The notes: generated by a model from the letters alone, not told the origin. A stretch of DNA of 64,000 nucleotides from an uncultured virus (IMG/VR IMGVR_UViG_3300009132_000003) (IMGVR_UViG_3300009132_000003); one strand, 5' to 3'. Shown: positions 1-11,315, counted from the first letter of the stretch. Program-made: numbers and translations.

Positions 1-1498
1 CACCTGTAATACTAGTGTTACCACCATCTGCACCAGTCGCGCTTGTTCCACCAACACCACCGCTACCAATATTGAAATTATAAGTTTCTCCTGGAACAAC
101 TTGGAGTATTCTTATAGAAACTCCGCCTCCGCCTCCGCCATAGCTTTGTGATCCTACGCCGCCTGCTCCACCAGCACCTACAGAAACTAAAGCAACATTT
201 CGTAAAATTGAAGAAGACCATGATTGTGATGTCGTATAATGGGATACTGATGTAGGTATTGATGAAAATAATCCAGTATTAACATCAAATGTTGGTAAAG
301 GATCTGTTCCTAAACCAATAACACCATTTAAGATTACATCATCTCTTATGAGTGCCCAACCATCATATAAATTGTTAAAATATTGTACAATAGTTTCATC
401 TTCATTTAACTGTGCTGGATCTAAATCATTTTCACTAGTAACTAAAGCAGAAGTTGTTACGTCAATATTTGTTCTATATTGTGGACCCATATAAGATACT
501 TGGGTTTCATCATAGTTTGCAGCCACAACTCTTAATTTTCTAATATTGGTATATTTATTTGCTTCGGCTAAAAATACATCAAATATCTTATTGCCATCAA
601 TCTTATAACCCATACCAAGATGATCAGTGCCTCTTAAAGAACTAAGTAAGTCTTGTTCATTAAATGTTGGGCCAGAACTTGGTAAACTTGATGGTATTTG
701 TTCTTTAATATAAATGGCTCCCGGTGCACCATTTCCACCATTATTTCCACCACCTACTGCTCCTGCACCACCAGATCCCATTTGGGTTACAACTAAATAT
801 ATTGCTTGACCAGAATAGCTTGATAGATTAATAGTTGCTTCTTTAAAAGTTCCACGTTTACCACCAAAGCCACCGCCACCAGAGCTATCAAAAATTGAAG
901 GATTATCTCCTCCACCGCCTCCGCCGCCGGCACCATAACCAGTCGCACTTGTTCCGCTGCTAGATTCTCGTGGAACACCTCCTGTTCCGATGAATCCATA
1001 TTGAGGATCTGTACTAACTACATTATCACCTGTTCCATCACGAACATGTTGACCAGAACGTCTATATGATTTAGAACTATAATCTACAGTACCACTAGCA
1101 CCACCAGCGCCACCTGATAAATCATAAGCTTTAATTAAAGTTCCGGTTGCAGATCCAGCTCTAAATTCAAATGTTGTTGAGGTTCCATCACCACCTTTAC
1201 GATCTCCGATAGGTCCATATCCATCTTCTCTACCGTGACCACCGCCGCCGCCTCCACCAACTGCTATAAAACTTATAGAATCTCTTGGACCTAAGTTTAC
1301 AATTTCAGTGCTTGTAATTGTTGAAGTACCACCAAACGCTGCCGCAACTTTGGGATCGCTTTGAACAGCTGGTCCACTTGCGCCGGACCAAACTATTTCA
1401 GCAACTACTCTATCGTGAAAGATTTCTTTGAATTTTGCAATTATAGGAAGTTCATCTACTGGATCATTTACACTTCCTATTACATTTCCAGCAACCAT
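1..1498 (-). CDS. Glycine-rich tail fibre / structural protein (3' end runs off the window; missing from the ORF track)
   Basis: Manual translation from ATG at 1498 (MVAGNVIGSVNDPVDELP...) stays open to the window edge; repeated VGGGGGG/GAGG/GGDG motifs typical of phage Gly-rich fibre domains. Confidence 0.75.
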   Translation of the reverse strand, partial: MVAGNVIGSVNDPVDELPIIAKFKEIFHDRVVAEIVWSGASGPAVQSDPKVAAAFGGTSTITSTEIVNLGPRDSISFIAVGGGGGGGHGREDGYGPIGDRKGGDGTSTTFEFRAGSATGTLIKAYDLSGGAGGASGTVDYSSKSYRRSGQHVRDGTGDNVVSTDPQYGFIGTGGVPRESSSGTSATGYGAGGGGGGGDNPSIFDSSGGGGFGGKRGTFKEATINLSSYSGQAIYLVVTQMGSGGAGAVGGGNNGGNGAPGAIYIKEQIPSSLPSSGPTFNEQDLLSSLRGTDHLGMGYKIDGNKIFDVFLAEANKYTNIRKLRVVAANYDETQVSYMGPQYRTNIDVTTSALVTSENDLDPAQLNEDETIVQYFNNLYDGWALIRDDVILNGVIGLGTDPLPTFDVNTGLFSSIPTSVSHYTTSQSWSSSILRNVALVSVGAGGAGGVGSQSYGGGGGGVSIRILQVVPGETYNFNIGSGGVGGTSATGADGGNTSITG

Positions 1499-1507
1499 GT
1501 GTTATTC

Positions 1508-2650
1508 CTATACTTTAAGTACGCATTCAACTAATTTTTCTTCTTCAGCTAAATTTGTTTCAAGAGCAATACCCACTAAAGCTGTTGTTTTAAGTGTTGT
1601 ACTAACACCATTTTCAAGTGCGTGAACAGCCTGACCCTTATTAACTGGTCCTTTTACTCTTACTGGAACACGACCTTTTAGACCAACATATTGTCCTTCA
1701 GCTTCACTGTTCATCATTAGTGCAGGTTCTGTAGAAATTACACCAATACAGTAATCAGCCATAGTTGCTTCTCTAACTTCATATTCTTCATTGTTTGAAA
1801 CAGCGACTGCAGTACCCGGAATTAATTCTTCACGTGTTGTATATTTTTCCGCAAGGTCAGCATATAGTGAAGAAGTTGCGACACCATTGAAGGTTGTGGC
1901 ATACATGGTCGCAAATCTATTTGCATTTTCACCTATATCAAAACTATTATTACTTGCAGATAAAACATGATCATTAATCGTAAGATTAGATGACATAGTT
2001 ACACCACCAGCAAATGTTTTATTTCCGCTTATGGTTTGTAAATTAGTAAGAAGAACTGGTCCAGCTGGGTTACTACCATAAAGTGCTTCTTCAAAACCAT
2101 GACCTAATGAATCTAGTTCAAGTAAATCAACTGGTAATGATGGAATATGCTCTAAAGGCAATTCACTTATGATTTTTGATCCACGAGTGTTAGGTATTCT
2201 ATTAGAATCTAAAATTCCTGATGTAATAATACTTGCGGGTAAGTCTGGAACATGAGCTAAACCTAATTTATCTGTAGTGATTTTAGTTGCAGATAAATTA
2301 GGGATGCGTGCTGGATCAAAAGTTCCTGATGTTACTTTACCTGCAGGAAGTGATGGTACTAAACTAGATGTAAGAGCATTCGTAATAAAGGTAAACTCAC
2401 CACTAGTATTATTATACGATAAAGAGGCAAGGGAATTAGGTCCAGATGTGGTTAAAGAAATAAGGCTTTTTGTTTCAGATGAATCTAAAACTTTACCATC
2501 TAGCCAATTAAACGCTGAAACAATGCTTGAATCATAGGGGGCTGATGCGGCAAGATTGTCTAAATCGCCGATATAGTCTCCCATTAAGTTAGTCTTCTGT
2601 CTCCATGCTTCAATGGAGTTACTTAGGTCTACATATACTTGCCTTGCCAT
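1508..2650 (-). CDS. Tail fibre protein with ~18-aa repeats and a C-terminal intramolecular-chaperone-like domain
   Basis: LPA.KITSG..D..RIP repeats; C-terminal YADLAEKY...GVISTEPA..MN...GRVPVRVKG motif. Confidence 0.7.
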   Translation of the reverse strand: MARQVYVDLSNSIEAWRQKTNLMGDYIGDLDNLAASAPYDSSIVSAFNWLDGKVLDSSETKSLISLTTSGPNSLASLSYNNTSGEFTFITNALTSSLVPSLPAGKVTSGTFDPARIPNLSATKITTDKLGLAHVPDLPASIITSGILDSNRIPNTRGSKIISELPLEHIPSLPVDLLELDSLGHGFEEALYGSNPAGPVLLTNLQTISGNKTFAGGVTMSSNLTINDHVLSASNNSFDIGENANRFATMYATTFNGVATSSLYADLAEKYTTREELIPGTAVAVSNNEEYEVREATMADYCIGVISTEPALMMNSEAEGQYVGLKGRVPVRVKGPVNKGQAVHALENGVSTTLKTTALVGIALETNLAEEEKLVECVLKV

Positions 2651-2871
2651 TAATCACCTATTTTATTTAAAAGTGTTGAAAGCAGTTCTTTAATTTCTGC
2701 AACATCATCTTTTAATTTTGCTAATTCCTGTTTTTCTTTTCTTTTCTTTTTCAAAATCTGCCTTGATCTAATCAGAGCTTCTTCATCATTAATTAATACT
2801 GCCCCGGTTTCTAAATCTCTTTTATAACCGGGATAATTGTCCACTTTAGCATATCTATTCTGATCTTCCAA
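2650..2871 (-). CDS. Conserved small hypothetical protein of T4-like phages
   Basis: KRDLETGAVLIN...LKDDVAEIKELL; probable TTG start at 2871 just after the VrlC-like stop. Confidence 0.6.
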   Translation of the reverse strand: MEDQNRYAKVDNYPGYKRDLETGAVLINDEEALIRSRQILKKKRKEKQELAKLKDDVAEIKELLSTLLNKIGD

Positions 2872-2872
2872 C

Positions 2873-5800
2873 CTAGTCTCCCAGCGCAATCACTCTTAAA
2901 TCATTTAGTTTAGGCACTTTAGTCTGATTAGTAGACCTCATAACAATTTTTAATTGAAACTGAGTAAACTCATCACTGGTACCATCAACAGCACCAACTA
3001 AATAGCGATACTCTCTGAAGATACTTGTATCATCATCGGTTTGGATTGGTTTTTCTGAGTCAATTCTTTTCCAAGTTGTTCCAACAAGCGTATCAGCCTT
3101 TGACGCTCTATAGTACATATCAATAAATGTATCAGATGGTCTATTAGCACCCATAATAATTTGTAATCCAACAGCAGAAGCCGCTAAACGAACAGGTTTA
3201 GTAACGTGTTTTGCAGAAGCTGGTCCGTTTTCTCTAGTTTCACCAAATAGTGGATCATAATAAGCTGTATAGTTGGTTGTACCCATAATATCATTTACGG
3301 TATCACTATCTAATGCATGTGACCATTCAATTGGTTTATTTTGAGTTGTACTTTGAACATTACTTGGGTTATCAATAAGATTTGCGACAAGGGTTGCAGA
3401 TGTTCTTTGAAGATCAATAACCGGTGTTACATAAACGTTGCTAGATTTCATTTCAGCTTCTAAAACCATAGATGTTGCAAGTTTAGAATTAGGTGATACT
3501 CTTTTCATAACACCAAGTTCGTTATTTTGATTCGGTGCAACAATAGTCGCAGTAGTATCTAAAATATCTGCATTATTAATAGCATTAGAACTATTATCAG
3601 CATATGATTTACCAGCTGCCATTTTAATATTATAATCCAACCTAGTTGAAGGTGGCTCAATAGACTGAACCGATGGCCAAATTGTACTATAATTATATGC
3701 CTGTTCAACACTCACTAAACTACCACCAGTTATAGAATTATAATATGGCGACGGTGAAGTAAGAGTTGGAACATTAATTACAAATCCTGTAGGATCAACT
3801 TCAGTAATTGTGTATGAATTATTATTTAAATCACTATCTACTGATGTTCCAGTAATACCCTTTAAATTAACAGTATCACCTACATACATTCCGTGAAGAG
3901 GATTTCTAATATAAACATCTGAGAAATCTGAACTATCTCTAAAGAACAATTCTACTGGATCATTTTGAAGCATTCTTCTTGGAATTGGAACATTTTTAAA
4001 TATAGCTTTGGTTGCTAGATTTGCATTAAACTCAGCTTTATATAATGTGAACTTAAGATCAGTCATTTGATCTGGTTCCCATGTTCTGTTATTCTGAGAT
4101 TTAAAGAATGAACCAAGATATGGTTGAGTATTAATTTTTTCGGTTGTAGAACCTATTTTAAATTCGCCCATCTTAGAAACATATGCTTCATATGCATCAC
4201 TATTAGAAATAATAACAATTGCATATTCAGTAAATGGTTTTAAATATACTGGTTCTTTAAATACAGCCTTTGTTTCTGCTGAAGCATCTGATGAGACAAC
4301 AACATCACTTGCTGGAATTGTAACAATAGATCCTGCAAGAGAAAGATCAGAAGATGGATGACCATTTACAGTAGGTCTAATTTGAATAGTTACCGGGAAT
4401 GGTTGTTCACTTGTATCTTTCTTAGCAAAGAATAAACCAACCTCTGTTAAAAATACACCATTTGGTTCTTTAACAAAGAAGGACTGTGCAATCGGATCGA
4501 AGAAACAAATATCTTTAACAAAGTTTACAACATCTTTTACTACACCAACTGCATCGCTGACCAAATCACCAGCAGCATTTGCAACACCGCTTACAGCTGA
4601 CGTTACTCCACCAATTAAGTCACCTTGAAGCACTTCTCCAATACCATTGGCAATACCTTTACCAACAGTTCCAATAGCACCAAGAATATCAATTCCACCA
4701 CCAGAAGAAGAAACATTAATCGTTTCAGTAGAGGTAGAACTTGAGCCAACAATCTGAAGTACTCTTGTTGATAGAACATCTTCTTGTCTTGTTGTAAGTG
4801 TACCAGTTGAACTAAAGACTGCACTTGCTGCACATGATGCATTCTTTTTATTATATGATGTAATATCTAATAAAGCAAATTCTAAATCACCGGTTCTAAA
4901 ACTTGTTGAACCTGCGGTACGAGTACCAGATGATGGAATAAAGAATGAACCTTGAACCTTCCCTTGACCGTCTGTATAGAGTTTTGTCTTACCTCCAGCT
5001 AAAGGATATTCAGTTGAAGATTTGTATAGATTGCTCACATCTGTTTGTTTTGTAGTATTAACACCACTAAATGATTCTTGTCTCACCCAGTTAGCAACTG
5101 ATTTACCATCAAAGTATGCAAATACTTGAGTATTAGGTGCAAGACCTTCAGCTTGGAATTTTACAAGTTTAGATCGCATAAATGGAATAAATGCAACATC
5201 TACAATTCTATCATCAATAATTTCTCGTACCGTTTCTGAAGCAACAACCCTATTAACAACTGTTTCTTTTGTTACATCAGTTCCAGTTGTTGTTTTTCTA
5301 TTCCAGAAAAATCCTTTTCTTTCTTTCCAGTTATTGCGTGCAATCTCTGAAGTAATTGATTGTTCATCACCAACATTAAGATTGTTAACGTCAGTTCCGC
5401 CCCAGTTCCATTCATGTTCGTTCCACTGGTGTGCCATATTAGTATCAAGTAATGTACCACCTGGAATTATTTTTTCAGGTTGATAATCTGTTTCATACCA
5501 ATCATCAGATGCTGGAGAAAGAGTCATCGCACCATTATAAAATAAATTTAAATATGGATTAACATTTACACTAGATGAAGCTATATCTTGAACAATATAA
5601 GGTGTTGTATTATACGTTGTATATACATTATCACCTTTTAAAATCGTGTTTGTAGATGCATTTGAATCGTAATAAAGACCAATATTATTTGTAATTGATC
5701 TTGGTCTAATTAATTTATTTCTTGGATCAATTGCTGCAGCATATGCTGGATGTGTAATATCTGAGAAATATTGATTCTCAAAATTATCTGCCATAAATCC

Positions 5801-8395
5801 AGATTTTGTTCTATTTCTATTATCAGAATCTAATACATCAATATTAGCTGTATCCATTTCTAATAATGTAAGAGATGTCACTTCTGCAAGATCATCAATC
5901 TTTTTCTCTAATTTTCCAATATCTCTCATAGTATAACGCTTATTATCAAGCATAGAGAATGTTAAATCATCTGGACCAAATGTGCCGGCATTTAATTTAA
6001 TTCTATGAAGCTCCATAGCACCATCAGGAACCGAAGGAAACTTAGGGCTTATAGATGGATTACCTTTAATATATTGAAATTCACCTTGTTGTGTTAAAAT
6101 TAACTTATCATATCTTGGTTCATAATATGTAATATCAGCAACAATTGTTGAACCCTGTTTAGGTAAAATAAATACTTCTGCATCGGTCGTAGAGAATGTT
6201 CCACTACTTCCTTTTGATGATCTAAAGTCAAGATAATTTTTTAAATCTACATAACGACCATTTGCTAATTTGTAATTAGGAATATCTTGATAATCAATTG
6301 TTGAATAAGAACTAGGACCAAAGAAATCACCAGCACCATGAGCAAAATAAGAAAATTTAACAAATAATTGGAGAGTTGTATTTTGGTAATTACCAGTAAT
6401 AGTTCTACCCGGTTTAATTGTAATTGAACCCTTTTCATAAGAGTTATCTCTTTGACCACCATCTACTTCAAATTTATCAGTAACAAGATTTCCATTAGAT
6501 GCTAATAATCTAATTTCTTCTACGCCTATAACATCGGAATATGGTAACTGTGCAACACCGGTACTTGGATTAAATGAGACAAGTGCTGTAGTTGTAACTT
6601 TTGTTTTAGATGCAACAGAACACGTGCCTTTAAATGTATAAGCATATATTTCAAATTGATCAAAACCTGTAGCAATTACTCCACCATTTTTAGAACTAAC
6701 TAATCCTGTAATAGTAACACTTGATGTACCAACTCCAGTATATGTAGGAGATTGTCCAGTTGTTAATCCTCCTGGATCAGAAATAATCCAATTAGTGCTA
6801 TCTGTAAATACTTCTCCTGCTGAAGCAGTTATGGTCATTGAACCATTAGAAGCAGCTGTACCTCTATATCTTTTTGCAAGAGTCATAGAAATATCTGAAA
6901 CCGCACTTGGTCTATTACCCGGAATTTTAAAGAACAACTCATTAGCTTGAGTTTCATATATTGTCACTTTATTATTAGATCTGACAAGTCTCATTTCTTG
7001 TCTTTCACAACTACAAGCGCCACTGTCTAAGCCAATTGCTCGAGCATCTCTATTAAATATTTTTCCTTCATTCATTTCAATGTCAAATACATACACTTTA
7101 AATGTATTTGACCCAGGTTCACCAGGATCTATACCTCTAATTCTTAGTGTACCAATTTTATCATTAACATCAAACGCTGCCGTACCTGTGGTATCGTCGC
7201 TAATATCTACTCTTTCAAAAATATTAACATCTGGAATTCCAAAGAAACCTGCATCCACAAGTATATAATTACCATATGTTCCAGAAATACCTTTATTTTC
7301 TGCTGTAACTGTAGTAGTTGATCTTGGTATATCTATCGTACTAGCAGATGCTTTATTAACTCTGTAACCATTTACATATGCTGTACCGCTACTAATACTT
7401 AAAGATAATTTTGTATTATCTGATGAATGATCATTCCAAGAAAGTCTAAATGGTTTTACGGTATAATTACCAGATTCTTCTTTTGTACGAACAGCCATAA
7501 TATCATTAATTTTATTATATTGTTCGTAACCAGTAACAGCTTCAACCAAGAAACCATGTTCAATTTTAGCATAATAAATGAATGTTTCATCTGCTTGAAT
7601 AGTATTTTTATTTACGAGTTCTAAATTAATTGTATATCTGTCTGCGCCAGGAGCTGTATAGTTTGGAAGATCACCCTGATTGTCATATAAAGAATCATCA
7701 TCATCTGCTGTAGTAACCACCTGAGTAAGTTTAAAACCAATAGTAGCAGTTGGATTAGAAAAGTATTTTGCAACAATTAAACTTTGTTTTGGGCTATGTA
7801 CAAAATGGCCTTCAGCAAAGAAAGATGCTGGGCCAGTAGAAATTCTAAAACCATAACCAGTTGCTGGATCTGCAGTAGTATTAGTTGTTTGAACAACCAA
7901 AACAACAGAACCATCTTTTTCAAGTAGTTCTTCACCAGGTGTTACAGAAGCTGGTTCTGTTCCAGATGTTCCATTTAGAGTATCCAAATATTGTACATAA
8001 ATTGTATCAGGATCAGATCCTGTAGCTTTTACTACCTCAATAACCTTTACGGAAATGCCGGATAATTGTCCAACAAAAACTTTATCTTTAAAGTCAGAAA
8101 CATCAGTTGGTAAAGAAACACCAGGAGTTGTAGCATCGGTTGGATCAGTATTAAGTTTAATATATCTGTAACGATTATTAAAAGTAAGAGCAGCAGACTC
8201 AAGTGAAGCACCTTCTTTAAAAAGATTAGTGCCAAGTCTTTTCATTTCTTCTTGTATAATAGATTGAAGCTGATTCAGTTCTCTACTTTGAAGTGCTTTA
8301 CCGCTTTTAAATAATACTTTGTGAAATCCTTTATCGGGATCAAAGTCGTCTTTATAAACCTGGGATTCTAAATTTTTAGTGTAGTTAAGGGTCAT
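2873..8395 (-). CDS. Large VrlC-like (DUF4815-type) baseplate/virion structural protein
   Basis: N-terminal YKDDFDP.KGFHKVLF..GKALQSRELNQLQS, RT.EESGNY, KRYTMRDIGKLE, DPIAQSF motifs; ATGA overlap with gp8 stop. Confidence 0.85.
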   Translation of the reverse strand: MTLNYTKNLESQVYKDDFDPDKGFHKVLFKSGKALQSRELNQLQSIIQEEMKRLGTNLFKEGASLESAALTFNNRYRYIKLNTDPTDATTPGVSLPTDVSDFKDKVFVGQLSGISVKVIEVVKATGSDPDTIYVQYLDTLNGTSGTEPASVTPGEELLEKDGSVVLVVQTTNTTADPATGYGFRISTGPASFFAEGHFVHSPKQSLIVAKYFSNPTATIGFKLTQVVTTADDDDSLYDNQGDLPNYTAPGADRYTINLELVNKNTIQADETFIYYAKIEHGFLVEAVTGYEQYNKINDIMAVRTKEESGNYTVKPFRLSWNDHSSDNTKLSLSISSGTAYVNGYRVNKASASTIDIPRSTTTVTAENKGISGTYGNYILVDAGFFGIPDVNIFERVDISDDTTGTAAFDVNDKIGTLRIRGIDPGEPGSNTFKVYVFDIEMNEGKIFNRDARAIGLDSGACSCERQEMRLVRSNNKVTIYETQANELFFKIPGNRPSAVSDISMTLAKRYRGTAASNGSMTITASAGEVFTDSTNWIISDPGGLTTGQSPTYTGVGTSSVTITGLVSSKNGGVIATGFDQFEIYAYTFKGTCSVASKTKVTTTALVSFNPSTGVAQLPYSDVIGVEEIRLLASNGNLVTDKFEVDGGQRDNSYEKGSITIKPGRTITGNYQNTTLQLFVKFSYFAHGAGDFFGPSSYSTIDYQDIPNYKLANGRYVDLKNYLDFRSSKGSSGTFSTTDAEVFILPKQGSTIVADITYYEPRYDKLILTQQGEFQYIKGNPSISPKFPSVPDGAMELHRIKLNAGTFGPDDLTFSMLDNKRYTMRDIGKLEKKIDDLAEVTSLTLLEMDTANIDVLDSDNRNRTKSGFMADNFENQYFSDITHPAYAAAIDPRNKLIRPRSITNNIGLYYDSNASTNTILKGDNVYTTYNTTPYIVQDIASSSVNVNPYLNLFYNGAMTLSPASDDWYETDYQPEKIIPGGTLLDTNMAHQWNEHEWNWGGTDVNNLNVGDEQSITSEIARNNWKERKGFFWNRKTTTGTDVTKETVVNRVVASETVREIIDDRIVDVAFIPFMRSKLVKFQAEGLAPNTQVFAYFDGKSVANWVRQESFSGVNTTKQTDVSNLYKSSTEYPLAGGKTKLYTDGQGKVQGSFFIPSSGTRTAGSTSFRTGDLEFALLDITSYNKKNASCAASAVFSSTGTLTTRQEDVLSTRVLQIVGSSSTSTETINVSSSGGGIDILGAIGTVGKGIANGIGEVLQGDLIGGVTSAVSGVANAAGDLVSDAVGVVKDVVNFVKDICFFDPIAQSFFVKEPNGVFLTEVGLFFAKKDTSEQPFPVTIQIRPTVNGHPSSDLSLAGSIVTIPASDVVVSSDASAETKAVFKEPVYLKPFTEYAIVIISNSDAYEAYVSKMGEFKIGSTTEKINTQPYLGSFFKSQNNRTWEPDQMTDLKFTLYKAEFNANLATKAIFKNVPIPRRMLQNDPVELFFRDSSDFSDVYIRNPLHGMYVGDTVNLKGITGTSVDSDLNNNSYTITEVDPTGFVINVPTLTSPSPYYNSITGGSLVSVEQAYNYSTIWPSVQSIEPPSTRLDYNIKMAAGKSYADNSSNAINNADILDTTATIVAPNQNNELGVMKRVSPNSKLATSMVLEAEMKSSNVYVTPVIDLQRTSATLVANLIDNPSNVQSTTQNKPIEWSHALDSDTVNDIMGTTNYTAYYDPLFGETRENGPASAKHVTKPVRLAASAVGLQIIMGANRPSDTFIDMYYRASKADTLVGTTWKRIDSEKPIQTDDDTSIFREYRYLVGAVDGTSDEFTQFQLKIVMRSTNQTKVPKLNDLRVIALGD

Positions 8396-9753
8396 GAACA
8401 CTCATCCAATTGAATAACTATTTTAATATCTTCTGTCTGATTTGCAACTCTAGTTACTGCAGACCTATTATCTATATACAGTATTTCACCTGTAAATGGG
8501 TCGACTTCTGATGATATAAGTGGAGTACCAACTGTACCTTCACCAGCACCTGTCATTTCTGTTAAAGTTTCGTTTGCTACAAATCCGACATAACCGGTTG
8601 AATCATTTTGATGGTACAGAATTGTATTACCATTAGTTTGATCAACATATGCTTTTGCACCACTTGTAGCACCAACAATAACTTCATCTGTTGTAAATGC
8701 AACTGTTTGTGTTGAAAGAGTCATAGACTGTAAAGCACCACCAGTAAGATTAGTCCATTGAGAACCTTGTGCAGAATCTTTAATTCCTCTAATAATACCA
8801 ATTTGTCTATAATCTTGATTAAGTAACCAGTCAGATGTATTACCATCAACTCTTACGCCAATCATCATAGAACCACTTTTAAGATCAGATGATGCATCTC
8901 CACCAATACCTAATCCACTTGACATAACAGCTCTTACTTCGCCATTAGTACCATTAGAATCGGTAAGTGTTACTTGAGCACCTCTTAATCCATGCACATA
9001 ATTTAAAGTAGTACCTGATGAATCAGGATTATATTCGGCTTTTACAATAGCACCAGAATTTAACGTAAAATCTACAAGATCTGGATAATTGACACCATTA
9101 ATATTAATTGATGGATTAGAATAACCAGAACCGCCTGCTGTTACTTCAAATGATGTAATCATCCCAGGCTTTGCTGCATTTTGAACTTCATATTGTTTAA
9201 TTTCATTGCCAGTAGAATTTGAATCTGTGGCTAAAATGCGATCAATAGGCATATGATCATTGGTCATAAATAGAGTAGCATCTAATGCACTAATAGTGTA
9301 AAGAAACTTCCAAACATATCCATCAGAAGTTTCAAATGGATCATTATTAGAACCTGTAGGTTCAACTGTTGAAGCTACCGCAGTACCAGTTGCATCTTTA
9401 CCTTGTCTTAAACAAATATATACATCATGATTACTGTTTGCAGTATAGAAAAAATCAGACCCATAGTCTGCCAAATCTTTTTTATCGTCATATGCAACAT
9501 AAGTTGTACCGGTGGCCCATGATTTACGAGGAACAACTAACGAAGCTGCTGCAACTCGATGAATCGATTGAAGACCGTTTCGGAATTCGTTTTGAATCCT
9601 AATATTATCTTTAGCTGTTGGTGCTGAATCTGCAGCATTCCATGGATTAGATCGAGACACGCCAATATAATAGTTCTCTGTAGTATTGTTAATACTACGA
9701 ATGGTCCCAATCATGAGTTCCTTCTTAAAGTTTTGTGTTACAATTGTCGACAT
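8392..9753 (-). CDS. gp8: Baseplate wedge subunit gp8
   Basis: VYICL...STVEPT...DGYVWKFLYTI, DYRQIGII, GEILYIDNR..V.R...QTEDIKIVI. Confidence 0.9.
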   Translation of the reverse strand: MSTIVTQNFKKELMIGTIRSINNTTENYYIGVSRSNPWNAADSAPTAKDNIRIQNEFRNGLQSIHRVAAASLVVPRKSWATGTTYVAYDDKKDLADYGSDFFYTANSNHDVYICLRQGKDATGTAVASTVEPTGSNNDPFETSDGYVWKFLYTISALDATLFMTNDHMPIDRILATDSNSTGNEIKQYEVQNAAKPGMITSFEVTAGGSGYSNPSININGVNYPDLVDFTLNSGAIVKAEYNPDSSGTTLNYVHGLRGAQVTLTDSNGTNGEVRAVMSSGLGIGGDASSDLKSGSMMIGVRVDGNTSDWLLNQDYRQIGIIRGIKDSAQGSQWTNLTGGALQSMTLSTQTVAFTTDEVIVGATSGAKAYVDQTNGNTILYHQNDSTGYVGFVANETLTEMTGAGEGTVGTPLISSEVDPFTGEILYIDNRSAVTRVANQTEDIKIVIQLDECS

Positions 9754-9763
9754 GCTCTACCTA

Positions 9764-11311
9764 TTAAATTATTGCGTCCTTTAAATATAACATATTCTTA
9801 TTTTTCAATTCTTGAATTGTTACATTTCTCATACTTTGGTTGTCACCATAATTAAAACTATTTATATCAAAAACTGCATTAGAATCATACTTAATCCATT
9901 CATATATGCTGTTAAACTTATGAGAAAGATTAAATTTTACACTAATAGCACCAGTTCCAGTCTTTTTAATGTTTATATCTAACATACCATTGGAATCTAA
10001 TATATTATCAATTCTTAATACTGGCGCAGAAGCAGATACAACTGCTGAAGAATGATTTGCAGCATCGGAATCTGAACCAATACAGAAATGATCACCACCA
10101 AAAGAATCGCCTAATCCGGGAAGAGCGATGTCAAGTTTAGTTGATGAATAATCACCAGTTAAATACATTCTTGAAATATATGTTTTACTATCACCTCTTA
10201 TAATTTGTTCAAGAGTTTTATTCAATTCCTGTGGAACATTTATTTGAGTTAAAGCCGAAGTGGTTGTAGGCGTTATGGTGTTTAAAGTTTTAATTTCTGC
10301 CGGTGCCGCTTCAAATATTGTATATTGTTCTCCCGGAACCTCGGTAAGACCCGGCTGATATTTTGTATTTTCGCTTTTTAATGTTGGTGCCAAATCAATA
10401 GCCGCAACATGAATTTCTTTATTGCTATATAATCCAGCATCTACAGAATTTTTAACAGAAAGTCCCGGACCTTCAATTGCTCGGCCAAAACTATCTTCAA
10501 TAAACCATCCTTCACTATCAGCATAATCTAATACATTTGCGTATTGGAATCTTCTAGTATCTGAACCACATGCATATTCTTTAAATCCATCCATTACTAA
10601 AATATCAATATTACCCATATCAGTTTTACTAATAATTCGAGTATCAACCGCTACTCTTGGTTCTGCACTATCAGTTTCAACTCTTAAATTTAAAGCTGTA
10701 TTATCTGAAAGAGTACCAACAGGCTTATATGTTGGATTAGTATAAAGCTGCGCTTCAGCATGTAAATAAAATCCAGCTGGATGTACAAACTTTTTATATA
10801 ACTGTTCCCAGTCTTTTAATGGTACAGTTGTTTTTACTAAATGTGATAGGACTTGGTGTAACTTACCATCCTGCATTTTCTTTGAAGATTTTGGTCCAAG
10901 TATTGATAAAGGATCATCTAATGTAAAAATTTTATCCTTTGGATATTCGACCTCTGAGGTTGTATCAAAAAATCCTCTAAAGAAACCTTCAGCTGAATAA
11001 AGAGATCCTTTTACTCTAAAAAATTTAGCAAGGTTTTTTAGTATTTCTCTTGGATTAGAAACAAATTGAGATGATAGGCTAAGACCAATTTCATCAAATA
11101 AATTATCAAGATATTTTAAATCGGTTTTTCCAATATCTCGTATTTCATATAAGTCTTTTATTGTATCGCCAAAATTACCATCACTATCTAAGGCGTCATA
11201 GTAAGTTTCTAAAAACTGAATAAGATTAGGATATTCTGATGCAAAATATTCTGGCAGAATATCTCTTACATAGTCAGCTTTAAGCGATGTATTATTTCTA
11301 TCTTCAGACAT
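9764..11311 (-). CDS. gp7: Baseplate wedge protein gp7-like
   Basis: LPEYF..EYP..IQFLETYY, KGS..S...FFR, KKFVHPAGF; lies between gp6 and gp8. Confidence 0.75.
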   Translation of the reverse strand: MSEDRNNTSLKADYVRDILPEYFASEYPNLIQFLETYYDALDSDGNFGDTIKDLYEIRDIGKTDLKYLDNLFDEIGLSLSSQFVSNPREILKNLAKFFRVKGSLYSAEGFFRGFFDTTSEVEYPKDKIFTLDDPLSILGPKSSKKMQDGKLHQVLSHLVKTTVPLKDWEQLYKKFVHPAGFYLHAEAQLYTNPTYKPVGTLSDNTALNLRVETDSAEPRVAVDTRIISKTDMGNIDILVMDGFKEYACGSDTRRFQYANVLDYADSEGWFIEDSFGRAIEGPGLSVKNSVDAGLYSNKEIHVAAIDLAPTLKSENTKYQPGLTEVPGEQYTIFEAAPAEIKTLNTITPTTTSALTQINVPQELNKTLEQIIRGDSKTYISRMYLTGDYSSTKLDIALPGLGDSFGGDHFCIGSDSDAANHSSAVVSASAPVLRIDNILDSNGMLDINIKKTGTGAISVKFNLSHKFNSIYEWIKYDSNAVFDINSFNYGDNQSMRNVTIQELKNKNMLYLKDAII

Positions 11312-11315
11312 TATA

